From contig CM120647.1 of the NCBI GenBank assembly GCA_051362555.1, positions 10,764,651 to 10,828,650 of the forward strand: DNA of 64,000 bases, written 5' to 3'. The notes below the pieces were generated by a model. That model was given only the letters and a program-made list of their open reading frames with translations. It was not told where the DNA came from and did not search any database. Source of the DNA: Lingula anatina (taxonomy: Eukaryota; Animalia; Brachiopoda). Below are positions 35,501 through 49,835 of this stretch, piece by piece. Numbering within the stretch: the stretch's first letter is position 1; each line of letters starts with the position of its first letter. The translations under genes and the position numbers were made by a program.

Positions 35501-38500
35501 TGTTATCTGTTAAATATTATCAAAAAGTTTTTACTGTCCTTAAAGTGCACTAAAAATCCTCCTCATTGGCACTTTAAAACTGTTACCTTTTGCAGTTTAT
35601 GAACTAGTCATATTTTTATGTAAAGCTAAGTAGTTTATTATGTTCTTCACTTAATTTTATGTGATATGGGCATAGAGTAAAATATTCATTAATGGCTGTT
35701 GCATGTTTTGTAGTACGTAAATGATGTGTGATCCTCCATAACTTGAAGAGATCTTTTAATTCAAATACTTCTTAACATTAAGGAAAAGGATATGCTTGAA
35801 CTGAGAAAACTCTGCACTGAAAAAATGGAAGCCATTAGCGGCTCACAGACAGCAGTGAATGAGGAATGGTTGGAGGGTACAAATATTGCGGAGGGGATCA
35901 GGGTAATTCATCATGCTTTGGTGGTTTCTCTACTTTTTATGAACAGACACTGCTTTCTGTCTGTACATTTGACAGCTATGCTGCCTTGTTATTCAAAATG
36001 AACAATTTGATAATTTAATATGTATTACTTATTAATGAATAAAAGACCTTAGTTTAGAATAAAAGGAATATAATAGCTTTTTGACAATTTAAAGTTTTTA
36101 GTTCAATTTTGCACAAAGTTGATAGGTTTTTAGATAATTTTGTCAACATTGCATGCTTAAGATATTATTAGTACAAGTAGTGTTTGAAGTTACTGAATAG
36201 TTTGTTGGGAACTAATGTGCTTATACATGTATATGTTTTAGATGTAATTTTTTATCCTTTTTCCTTGTTTTTTAAGGCTAAGAGGTACCAAGAAAAAATA
36301 CGTAAGCGTTACCAAGGTAAGATATAAGTGTTGCAAAGGTATCATTGGTGTAGAAAATTGAGTCAGTTTTCAAAACGTAATGACAGAAGATAAAACAAAA
36401 ATAATAGCTTACATGTATATGGTAAAGTCTTGAAAAATTCGTTACTTAAAAATTAATTAATATTTTTAATTGTGTAAATCCGACTAATTTTTCAAAATTA
36501 CCTCTCTCCGACTCTTGGGTATGACGAAATTTTCAAAAATCATGCCTTTGCCAAAGTTTGGGCTTTTATTCTTAGCGACTGTTACCTTTGACCCTCCTAT
36601 ATTGTAGGATATTTATTACTACTTCCTAAGTCATTTTCTGGTGGTAAATAATAATCTATTTATTAGTGCATCTCAATTAAGTTATACTTAACTTACTGTA
36701 CCGGAAAACATGTTGAGAATTATATTCTCGGTAAGAAACATACCTCCTGATAGAGGAGAAGAATCAAGATAAGCCTAATTGCAACCTTGCATCATAACCT
36801 GGACGCGACATATTAAAAAAAAATTACGCTCTTGGGAACGTTTGTTGCATGCAGGGCTTTTCCCAGGATTGAGTGTCAGGCCTTCTAAAATCACCATCTG
36901 TAACTTTCGAAAAATTTACAGGGAGTTAAAATAATGATCTCCCGTTGTTGGTCTTCCGCAATTTAAGTTCCTTGAACTAATATGAAAACTGCATTTTTTT
37001 ATTGCTTACATCACAAACAATCTCCCAGTGAAGATGTGAAAAGATGTGAAGATGTGAAGATGTAGCAAGGATGGCGAACGATCTCCCTCTGATATGATAT
37101 TACGCGAACAAAGTCCTGAGAATATTACGATTCTCCGCCAAAGATATACCGCAAGGGGCGGATTAAAGATAAAATGAAAATGAATATTAAAAATAAATCC
37201 TGCCGACGAAATTTTCAAGACTTTACCGTATGCAAGGAATTTTTTAAAAGGCACAGCTGTAGGGTTCTGGTTGTGGGCGACATTTTAAAAATGCCAGTCT
37301 TCTGTTGGATATTCCCTAAAAATAGAAAACTGCACTGCCAGTCAGTCTATGATAGTAACCCCATGGCAAATGCCAGTTAAATTGTAGCCTGTCTTGTAAA
37401 GTTTTGTCAGTTTGTTCAGTTATGTACTGATGACTATTTTTCTTTTTAGTACCTAGCTGCTTTAAAATTTTTCAGTGACATATCTGATGGTATACAGTCC
37501 TTTTTTTTTTTTGCTTAAATGCATATTTCTGTTTTGTACTTGTAGAATCGAAGACCCTAAAAGTAAAGAAGATAAAGTACAAGCAAGTACCTCGAAAGCC
37601 AGAAGCAGGGAGACAAGTATGGACCAGAACAATGTCTTGTCACTTATCTTTAAATATGTGGCCATTAAGGATAAGCATATACTTAAAGGATATTGTCACC
37701 CTTCTTCCAAAATTCTAAGCCCCCTTCACACTTATTCGGAATCTGCAGGAATCAAGTAGAACCAGCCAGAATGACTAAATTTCAAAATTCGTACTACATT
37801 TCGGAAGAAATTTCAAATTGACCTAAATTCTTGTAAGAATGCCGTTGGAATACTCAGAATGCGCTTGAATTCGCCTGTAATAATTCGTGCACATTTCGCC
37901 TGTATTAGCTCTCAAATGTAGCCAGAATGTAGTTGGAAAACTAGGAATATCAATAATGCTGTCGGAATGCAGTCAGAATATTTAGAATACACTTTGAATG
38001 CCGACAAGTGTAGTTTGATTGTTGAAATAGGATCGAGATGCATTCTAGTTGCATTCTGGCTCATTCTAGCAGGATTTGAAGTGTCTTACCATTTCGGTTC
38101 TCCCTCGAATGTGATCAGAATGTTTCCAATGCTGTCGAAATGCCATGAGAGTATTTAGAATGCAATCATAGTGCAGTTAGAACCACTTCAAAAGTTTTAA
38201 ACATGAGCAAAACATTCAGGACGGCCAAAAGAATGGGTAAAAATATTTGGAATGCATTTGGAATTTTTAGAATGCACTTCGAATGCACAAAGAATTGTCT
38301 TTTCGACGGCATTCTTGCTTATTCCACCTCTAGTGTGACGGCGGTATTATTTACTGCCTTACATGCATTCTTTTTGGTAGTAAATAAATCTTCAGTATTC
38401 AGTGACTAAATTAATTAACATTTACACTTATGTCATCTTACCAGTGACATCATAATTGCGATTTTGGGGTAAAAACTGAAAAATCGGTTTCTCAAATTTT

Positions 38501-41500
38501 TCTTTTACCTGAGCACCCACGATCACTGTTTTAATACCGATTTACTGACACATTTAATACACATTTGACACATTCCCATAGATTTTAGATCAATCTATCC
38601 CTGTGGGGAGTCTCACTAGATTACTGTCAGATAACTCAGCTTAAATGTCCATGCCGCCTACTACAAGCTGTAAAGGGGTAATTAAGTTTCGTGCCCACTC
38701 GGCTGACAGCTATTTAGCGTGAACCCCCAGGCCCCCGTTTCACAAAAAAAACTTAAGTCGGTTTCCCTGACTAAGAGCTTGGTTACCAACGTAATAAAGT
38801 CGTTATGTCACTAAGTGCTGTTTCACAAAGAATCTAAAAGGTCGCTTACGTTGTTTTTTTCTTAGCTGCTAGTCGAGGATGTCTAGCCTCCTCGGGAGGA
38901 GACTTAAGTCAGCAAGCTCAACTAAAACTCGGTAAATGAGAGCATAAACGACAAAAATTTGGAAAGAACATACCTCATTCAAGATATTGTGTTATAATAT
39001 CCTTGAATAGCACTGACATTTATGGAATATTGAAATAAAAAAATAAAATGCCACTTCACCCAGCCAATCGCGTGTTTGTTTATGTTTTGACCACTAGACG
39101 TCCGTCAGCAGTGTTCCACGACAAGCTAATGTTTAACTGCTACTTTAAAGTTGTATCAAAGTTAAACTATTCAATAAAGTTCAAAAACAAACTTTGTATG
39201 TGTTTTGGCTGATTTTTATTGTTGATAAACGATCGTTCTCGGTCGAAAGAGGCCATGAAACGTCATGTCTTGTGAAACTTTTGAAATTTTAAACCTCCTT
39301 TTCTTGAAGAGTTTCTCGTGCGCGTCGACTACAGTAAGCACACCAAGCTACAACTTTAGATTCTTTGTGAAACACTCCTAGTCGACTGCAGCGTAGACGA
39401 CCTAGCGTAGTCGACCTAGCTAGGCCATCGACTACGGATTTAAGATTCTTTGTGAAACGGGGGCCAGGGAGTTAGGTCGATCTTGTTGGATCGATCTAAT
39501 CTCTGGGAATGGGGTCTAAGTTCAGATTTTTTCGTTGATCAAGCAAAATAATGCCTTTGTTTAAAAAAATCTGTAATTAAGGGCTCATCAATCCATAACA
39601 AACACATTTAAACCAAAAAGTACAGGATTGTAGCTGATACACTAGTTAACTGTCTATCTGACTGATAAATAGAAAGATACTGTCACCAAGAAAATGGTGG
39701 TGATTTCAAATTCTCATAGTATTTTTTTCTGGTTCAGCAACTGAAAGCAGCGTCTGCACCTGCACCAGTAAAAGCAAAAGAAGGCAATTTACCTCAGAGA
39801 ACTGATGAAAGAGAGATAATTAGCAAATTGGATAAGCTCACAGATACATCTATTCCTGATGACAGAAAGAAGAGTGATGCACCATTAGAGTACAAACTGA
39901 CCACAAGAGGAAGTGGTGTGTATTCTCAGGATATTTTTTGAGTTTTCTGCATTCTGATATTTATACTTCATTTCAGTCAATCATGAAACATATTCAGGAT
40001 TTAATCCATTTCAAAAACTTTTCTTTTGTCCTGTTACAAAAAATTTTGCCCTTTGGCACCACCTACAATTATTGTGACACAGAATTTGTTGCCTTTCCTT
40101 TGCCTAGTTTTGTTTTGATAAAAGTGTCTACAATTTAAAAAGAACTCTCTCTGTATTTGAACTCCGTACTAATACTTATTTATTCCAGTTGTGTTGATCT
40201 TTTATTTATGTTTATTTTAGGAATTTCGAGAGACTCCGGACAGGTGGTTGGGATCAAAGCAAAATTTCCTTTACAAGATGTAAGGATACAACTGGCATGC
40301 TCCTCTTGCTGTGTTGAATCTGAAAACAGTGGGGATGCTTACTGGTATGACTGGAAGGCTCATGAAAATTGCTACGAAGACCGTTTACTACTTCAGCGCA
40401 AGGGTGGGAAACTGTGGTTGTGGATCAAGGCTCCTTTATACAATACTTTTACTGACCTTTGCAAAACTCATTTGCATGGGAGATCTTCACCTTTTCCAGT
40501 TAAGAAATGCAAATATCCCCACAGCAAAGAGGAAAAGATTTTGTGGAAAAAGGAACAAAGGCATGAGTTCAAGATTCTTAATTTTATTGATGAACTCCGA
40601 TATGCTTATCATCCCAAACCAAAAACTCCGCAAGAACTGATACAGAAATATGGAGGAAAATTAGTTTTTGTATGTCGCAAGTGCTTTTTCATGAAACCGA
40701 CAGTTATCAGTTGGAAAGTGAAAGATAAAGATTGCTGTGAAAATGGGCATCGCTGGAAAGTTGAGGGGTTTTTACTTGTACATGAAAGTATTGTTGGTAC
40801 AGGAAGAAACCGCATTCCAATAAGAGAAAGACCACGTGGTTATGCTGAAAGTGATATGTACCAAAGATGTGCCAAAGGAATTTGTACTGACGTAGATTGC
40901 CCAAAGGCACATTTTGATATTGAAAGGGATGTATGGCATCTAGAAACAATCAATAATTGGTCCAGAAAAGACTTCATACGAAATCTAAAGAAATTAAATT
41001 CTCATGACAAGAAAACCCAAACAATGAAAAATACACTTGGAACAGTCATAGAAAATACAGAAGTGTTGTCAGCAAGAATCCAACATTTGGACTCCATATC
41101 ATCTGCAAGTACATTTACACCAGCTAGTGAAGTCAAGTGTCAGGAGAAGGTGCAGTATGCTTGTCGTAAATGTTACATCAAAAACCGAAATCTCATTGTT
41201 GGTCCATCAGTGGATTTTAAATTTTGTTACAAGCAGTTGCATCCATGGAACCCAGATACTTATTTGTGTGTTGTCCGTCTGGAAGATGGAAAATATTGTG
41301 AAATAAGGGAATTGCCAGATGTTAAGAGGGACCAGTTTGACCTGTGTGTCAACATAAAAAGCTTTAATCGTTGCTTCAGGGGAAAGGAGTGTACCTATGC
41401 TCACTCTACTATGGAGAAATCGCTGTGGGAATGGATGCAGAAAAATGGTGGTAAGGTTAACTTAAAAGTAGCATGCAAGTATATTGAAGGCATCTGAATT

Positions 41501-44500
41501 ATTAAGTTATTTATCTTAAAGGGGAAAATTTATTTTTAAAATGGTTTTACCTTCAAACTGCCTCAAGGCAATGAATTAGTGCAAGTGACCAGTGCCGCAT
41601 CACATCATAGTTTACTGATTCCTATGTTCTCATCCATTCAGAACAGAAGGTCTTCAGATCTACTGATCCGTGGATCAAATATGGCGAACCCTACATGAAA
41701 GCAAGACTGCTTAATCCTGTAATGGTCTCCCCATCCGCATGTCTGGTCCCTGCAGGCGCCTAGCAATTTAATTGAAGCTGAGATTTTATCCATTTAATGG
41801 TTTGTGTGGAGGCGATGAGACCATCCTGGATTAATCCGTCTTGCTTTCATGTAGGGTCTGCCATATTTGACTTGCAGATCAGTTGATTTGAGGATCATTT
41901 GTTTTGAATAGGCTCTGTGTGTGGTTGGGGTGAAGCATTTTTACAGGAGTAGCTGCCATTAGATGCTAAAATGTAAAGTTTATTCTTATTTTGGCACTGT
42001 TTAAGTTAGCAACCTCTTGTTTGTTGAATATTGTTGAGCCCGGCAAGAGCAATACTGAAGGTGGTTTCTTCTTTTCTTTTTTTTTTGGTATCTGTATGAA
42101 TAAGGAGTTGAGTTATTAAAATTATACTGTTTTTCTGCATACCTGACAAAACTTTTAGGAAATTAAATGTGAACTATCTCCTAAATTGAAGGATATATGT
42201 TTTATTTCAAGTTTTCTAGTTTTTAAAGAAAAAAAAAATGCATGCCAAGTTGAACTTTACAAATTCAGTAAATTTCCATAGACATTCAAATATTTGTTTT
42301 TATTTTTAGTTCTCAGTCTGGATGAATTGGTGATTGCATCTGAAAGATCTCGATCCAGTCTAGCACCAAAACAGGATGCAGATGATGTGACAGAGCGCAG
42401 AATTCTTGGCACTAGATTCTGCTTCCCAAAGTTCTACTGCAAGTATTGCTACAAGGAGTGCAACAGTAAGATACAGTTGGAGAGACATTTCAGCTCACAA
42501 AAGCATAAGTCTGTGCTCTCCATGCTGAACAGGAGCGATCAGTCATGGAATTGCCGGGAACCACCACCTAATTTGATAGACTTTAAGCTTTGCAAAAGGT
42601 AAAAAAAATTAAAGTTACGTGTCCTCCATGTGGATTTCAGAAAGAAGAAAAAAGTGAAGAATTGGTGATCGACCCAAGCAATGTTGTACAGGCAAGACAC
42701 CATGCCTTCTGCACCACTAGATGGTGGGCACCACAGTGGTGTATGGCAGGCAAGACACCATGCCTTCTGCACCACTAGATGGTGGGCACCACAGTGGTGT
42801 ATGGCAGGCAAGACACCATGCCTTCTGCACCACTAGATGGTGGGCACCACATGGCAGGCAGGATGCTGAGCATTCTCTAGTGCACTTGATTTGGTCTTAA
42901 AGTTAAAATACAGACCACAATTGATCTTACACAGACTTAGTCATTACAGCAGTAGTCTTAAAATTAACTGAATTTGCTATTAAGATAAAAAATGATCTAA
43001 CATCTACTTAAGTGGTTATGCAATTTCCTCCCCTCACAATGGGGGACACCTCCACTCACAGTGGACGACACCTCTGCTCACAATAGGGGAAAGTGTGAGG
43101 GGAGACAATATTGCATAACAACTTAATTGGATGTCAGTGCAGTAATGGTCTTACTCATGGTTTTAGACCACGCACAACTGTTTGTGATCTGAAATTGCAT
43201 TTTTAGACCAAATCAGGTGTACTAGTGTCTTGGCACCACTAGATTGGAGTGATATTTCGAAATACATTAATGAAAGATATAAAGTGACATATTTGATTTT
43301 GTAAGAAGTAAGGGAATTAATTGTATTTGAGATGTTTTTTAAATAGAATTGTGAAAAATAAAATTGGTACAATTTCATTGCTTGCTTCGGGTTTTTTTTT
43401 CCATAGAAATGCCCATACAGTGAATAACTGTTATCTAATCATGAGAATAAAAAATAATAAGTAAGTCACTCTTATTCAAGGCATTGTGAAGATGGAGAAA
43501 CCTGTTTGTACTCTGGGGTTGAGGACCATCTGAATCTCTGCCCATTTGCACATTCTGAAGAGGAACTTGGTGAATGGAATCAGAGAGCCGCACAGAAAGA
43601 TGCCTTGAGGAGTCTGATGAAAGAGACCAAAGTTTATCCCTATCTGAACCAAGTTTATGAGGATTACTTAGCAGTGAAAGATACAGAGAAAGAAAAACAT
43701 TTGGTAAGCTAAGCTGATATTAAATTCTCTTTAATACAACAGCGAAGACAATGAAGATAAATAAATAAAGCTGAGTTATTTACAGATCATTGTCCACCAA
43801 AATACCTTCAGGGATTGAGACATTAGGTGTTATGATACGGTAGTTTATGCCTGTAGTGAACCGTCAGCAACTTCCTCTACCATTATTGCAATAACATTGC
43901 TTTGAAATGCATAGAAGAGACCCATTATTTCATTAGAAAATGATACTAAGGAAACCAATAATATACGGTAATGTGCCATGAATTTCGAACAGTAAAAAAT
44001 AATTAAATTTGGGAAGAGATCGTTCTGGCTGAAATTCATGAAATGGAGATGCTCAGAACTTCCGAAAGTTCGAATTTCATGGAATTCTGTCAATTTTGAC
44101 CGGAAGTTGTCTGTTCGTCGCTAGGCTTTCTGTTATCTTCTCCCGACGATCTATTTAGAGTTACCATAATGTATGATGTGTGAGTGTCGATAATTGCGAC
44201 CAAAGGTATACACGTACTTTCACCCGATCACTGTGTATGGCCCATAGATAGAGCGGTAATGTTGTCTAGGGCCGCAAAACAGTATCGTTATCAGTAGTGT
44301 CGTTTTTCAAAAGCGATTCTGGCAGCCAGAAACAAGTGTCGTTTTTCAAAAACGATCCTGGCGCTCAGAACGGGAGTGGACGTAGGGAGAGACGGCCGAC
44401 GATTAGCGCTGCCACGGCCAGATAACCTTTACTATGGAAGCTTAGTGTTACCGTTGCTCCTTTCCGTGCACTGAAACCGAGACGACAGCCGATCAGTGTC

Positions 44501-47500
44501 TATGGCGCACGTGCAGGTAGCCTTCATCTGCGATAAGTGTCTTCCGCGACCAGGTTCGTTGCCTTTACCGTTAAAGTCGGGCGGAGCTTTACGCGCGAAT
44601 GCGTCCTCATCTCGCCGTTCGCGGGTCGGTGTCTCCGACGCATACGTAGCCTTCCCTGCAGAAGCCGGCCTCGGCACTACGGCCTCTCCTCTGTGCGGGG
44701 AGGCCACTACGACCGCAGATCGGTATGTGCGGCGCACAGGTAGCCTTCGATTTCGCCACGGCAGCCGAACTGTGTATTACGTTCTCTCTCCGTCGTGCGC
44801 TGCGACCAAGATGACCGCTGATTGTTGTCTGCGATGAAATATACTAGGTTTGGGGCAACCCAATCTTAACCAGCAGCAGCAACTGATTTCCTGGCGCATA
44901 GTTGCGTCAATGTACGCATTTGAAAAGCGTGTACGTTTTGTCATTGAAACCATCTTCAAACAAACGCGAGAGATAGGTAATCTAGAGTAAACCGAAAAGG
45001 CAGTTTTTATATTCGTTCAAGGGACTGGAAGATCGTCAATGGGAGATAGTGAGCGATCTGAGCGTGACAATAAGCCAATTTCCACACTAGTTCAAGGGAC
45101 TTCTTTACTATATTCGTCAGCAAGAGATCGTCAGCGATCCGAGCAAGCATAGAAGCTTGGACTTTTTGTCCATGCTAGAAGGCAATTTTCATGTAATCAG
45201 CAGGATATGGTTTGCTGGTTTGCAACAGGGGCGTAACCAGGCATACGCACGGATACACTGTGCGTATATAATTTCTTGGCCAACCATGCTATTATTCTCT
45301 ATAAATCTAGTGTACTTTTCAAGGAATATTATCGAAAATCCCCTTAAGTTAATGTCACCTGAATGTACAAATTCTCTGTATAATTTACATATGCACCATT
45401 GTTCTGACACCCTTCTCGTTTGCTTTCACAGAACTGAGGTAAACAATACTAGTTACCATCTGAAGTCCGATCTTAATCGTCCATCTAGCTGGAACTTGCT
45501 TTACCTCTTAATTAGAGGGTAAAGTGCCCTTCAGCTCACAGGTAGCTTTTGTCTTGAGTGTATCGAACGCGATATTTATCTCAGATAAAAATCTACCTGT
45601 GTGTTATTTTCAAAGAGCTGCTCCAGCAGACCTGGGGGCACTAGATAAATCTGATCATCGGGCTAAACAAGGAGCCAGAGAAACAAAGGAAGATTGATTT
45701 TTCCTGCAAAGTTTCAAAGAATTTTGACACGGACTTGATCCAGCATAACCCTCCAAACTAACGGGGTGGTATGGGCAATTTTTACAAATTTACAAACAAT
45801 TAAACTTAGATATATTACAATTTTATCCTTTAATATAATTTTGGGAGGCATGCACCCGCATGTAAGCTGGGTGATGTCAGTAAGCCCCTAGTTAAATAAA
45901 CATACCCTTATGAGCAAGGCTTTTCCCAGCGAACCGTCCAGCCGTCATTTGGACGGCCGCTGACATCACCGGACGGCCTATATTTTCAAAGACGGCTAGA
46001 CGGCTTGCGACTTTTTTTTTAATGACGTCTTGGCTTGTCGGGACAGCCGTGGACATTGTAAGAAATTTTCTTAGAGTAATTTGACGTACCTAGCTTTTAT
46101 GATGCGTCAGAGATGAATGGTACTACTTTGTAGTGTACGCTGATATTCAATCACGATGAAACTACTTCCTAAAGCTTACAAAACACAATAAAATGTTTCT
46201 ATGAACTTTAAGATACACATTCCACGCCGTATGCAGCAGTGACAAGAGTGACCTTCATGCGGTACAAAACACTAAGCAAACTACAGGCCAATTTGTGAAA
46301 GGGGACACCTTCCGGACCTTCATACGCACGGCAACTGACAAAGCTGATTGACAAAAAGGAAAATTTCAAATTTTCAGCGAGAGATCGTTCGCAATCCGAG
46401 AGAGACCAGGAGGCAATTTTCATATTTGTTAAAGAGACTTCGTAAGCCAAAGGGCGAGACGAGAACGCAATTTTCGTATCGTCAGCGTCGCAATCCGAGT
46501 GAAACGAGAAAGCTCATACTCGTTCAGTGGCTTTTGTTTGCGGAAGATCGTCAGCCGGAGATCGTTCTCGATTGTTTTTAACCCTCCATCCCTCCCCATT
46601 TGAATTTATAATTTTTAAAAATATTTTTCATTTCATTTGTACATTTCAAGGGACTTCATTACCGGAAGATCGTCAGCGGGAGATCGTGAACGATCTGAGC
46701 GAGACAAGAAAGCAATAATGGTTATCTTTATTGCAGCTCTTAATATTGCTCTTTTGTTCTGTTACTGAAGTCTCTACTGTTAACAATGCTATAGTGCGCC
46801 TCAGCAAAACTACCGATCGCTATCTCACACCGAATACTGCGGTAAAGAAACAACAGCCCGACAGTACAACTCTTAAAAGATTCTCCTGTTATCTGAATGA
46901 ATAGATATGACGATGTTGTTTAGCGTCCTAAACTAACTGTACTGATCGTTATCTTGCACCTTGGGCCGCACATGTAGTACTCAGGTAAAGGTACGCTAGG
47001 GCAACATTGCCGACTGTTAGATCTTTATAAGCGCGAGAATAGCCTGGTGGCCGATTTTAAGGTGTACGAAATTCACGAAATCAAGATCGCGCAAAATTGC
47101 TTACTGGCCGAAATTCATGGTCCAGAAAAAACTCCAGACGGCCGATTTTAAGATCGTTCGAAATTCAAGAGCCGTTCGAAATTCATGGCACTTTACCGTA
47201 TATACATGAGGTAAATTCATGCTTTATCCTTTGTCATAAAACTTAACAAAATGCATCTTATTCATTTTGGTAATTTCTGTCTTGCATAATCCATTTTACA
47301 CCTCATTGTGGTTACATTGTTTCTGATAATATTTTTATTTTAGATTGTGTATGATATGAAAGGTATTGACATCACACCAAATCCACAGACAGAAGAAGGC
47401 AAGCAACTTTTTCACAAACAGTTTCAAGATGAGATAAAGAATGATGATAAGGGTTACACATTTACTGTCAAAGTGGATACCAGCAAAGTGGTAAGAACTG

Positions 47501-49788
47501 TAATATTTAGATTCTGCATTTGTGGTAAACTTGAGTTTGTTTACATTTTTTAGTAATTTATGGCAGTAAGTTTGTGATTGGTATATTTATTTTCCCTATT
47601 TATTGCAACACCAGTGTGAGTGGTGGTGGGTACCATAATTTTACCTCCTAACTACCAGCTGTATGTAAAAAAAAACTGGAAAAAAGAAAAATTGCTTAGT
47701 AATGTAAAAAATTTTGCATTTCTAGGATCTGAAGCTGGAGAGAGCCTCTCTTTTACTGTTCAAGCACAGAGATCACTTTGGTATAGAGACAGATGGAGGT
47801 GACACTGTGCAACTCATCGCTGGAGACTCAGTGTGCAGCAATGTGGATAACAATACATATGAACTCCGAGTGTTGTTTAAGACCTTCATCTTTGGAACCT
47901 TTGAGCAAATTTTGTTACTGGACTTTGGTCAGAGGCCTTTTCTTGGTGTTTCTTTAAAAGTTGATGTTGGTACTGAACAGGTGTTAAGGAAACTTTTTAA
48001 AGTAAGAAAGTTGAAGCAAATTCCAAGAGGTCATGTTATTTCTGATTACATCCCTTGTGCTAGTAATCCAACTCCTCTGCAGGAAGTTGTGGGAAAATAT
48101 TTGGAAAACACATGGGATTCTTCTTATAACTTGACATCACTTTTTGATAAGAAAGAGTTGAACCATCTTAACTATGTCCGTGTTATGCATCAACTGCTGA
48201 TGGAAGAACAAAAGGAGCAGGCTAGCCTTGTACAGGGGTATGTATGCCCCCATGATATTAGTTCGACGTATTTCGACGTATTTTAAAGGCCAAACCTGTA
48301 GATTGTCTTGTGTTTATTTCACTGTATTTCAGGCCTACAGGCCAAGAGTACATATTAAGGTTTTCTAAAAATCAGTTACTAAGATAAAGAGCATTTTTAT
48401 ATCAAAATTTGGTAAATTTTATAGAAAGAAGTAACTTGTATTTTGCACCTGATGTCTCTCTGGTTTTTGGTGCTGTTTTATTGTTTATGATAGTAGTTGA
48501 TTGAAATCTGCAATTTGAACATTGCCAAGTTAATGGTGGAAACATAAGTTGATACCCATTGTTACTAACATGAATATTATTGATTTGAAAAATCAGGATT
48601 ACCCATTTATTTCTTGCAGTTGTAGAATAAAGGCAGGGACTGAAGTCATGACACATCTCCCTCCTTCTCTCCACCACATCAAAACAGACAAACATCTTTT
48701 TGCTAAAATTTCCATGGATGAAAACCTTCTTCAGTTTGGCAGGGGAACTGTGGAGCTGCTCCTCACTTCAGTTAGCAGATGTTATGTTCAGCTGGTTACG
48801 TCTCCAAGTTCAGAGTTTTATGAAGTAGAGGTGTTGAACTACCAAGACTTTATAGATAAAGGTCGAACGAGAGACTCCATCTATCTTGCCTTGTCCGCCC
48901 AGTGTTGCCAAGATCTGGATTTGATCCCAGAAACCTGTACATATTTGACAGTGCAGTTCAAGTTAGATGTGACAAATTTTCAGCTTATGCACTTAGCCCT
49001 GGAAAGACTTGATGCAAATCTTGATGTTTTCTTCCCTGACTACACTCTTGATCAGCCAATGAGGGACTGCCTACCTGGGGAATTGAAAAAGTAAATATGC
49101 GAATACATATACCCCTACCCTGTCTAACGCAATACTTTTCAATCAATATCTTTCAGTTAAATGCACCAACATATACCTAGATATTATGATGAATGTTTTG
49201 TTTGCATTTAGTTTGGAAGAAAACTTGGGATCCATAGATTTCAGTTGTTTGCTAGTTTTTTCATTCTCTCTTTATATGATTAATAAATAATTTTTAACGC
49301 TAATTGTTCTGTCAAAATCGCTTTTTATAATATAAATTTCAAATATGTATGGACATGTGGCTGTGTATCATTTTGTTATTGTGATTACATTTGTTAATGT
49401 AGGAAATTTCAGTGAACAGTTAACATTTTATTATGTACAGTACAATAAGTGTCTGTATGTATTCTGATTGGTCTGTCTGCCCATGTCGTTGCTGTCATTG
49501 TCTGACACATGACTTTCACCCCGTAAATGCCAAACCGTATTTTTCTTCACTTTAAATTTACTAAGTGGCTTTGTTTGCTAAAGAGGCTGGTTGCATTCAA
49601 AAATTCAGTTTACATTAACAGTAACTATTGTGTTTTTTTTTTTTTTTTGCACAATTTTAGTGACAATTGTCCCGTAACATCCAAACCGAATTTTTATGTA
49701 ATTTAAGCTTTACTTTAAATTAATTGAGTGGCTTTGTTTGGCAAAGAAGCAGGTTGCTTTGGATAATGGACACAATGGTAATTATTCT

Positions 49789-49835
<47 letters not shown>

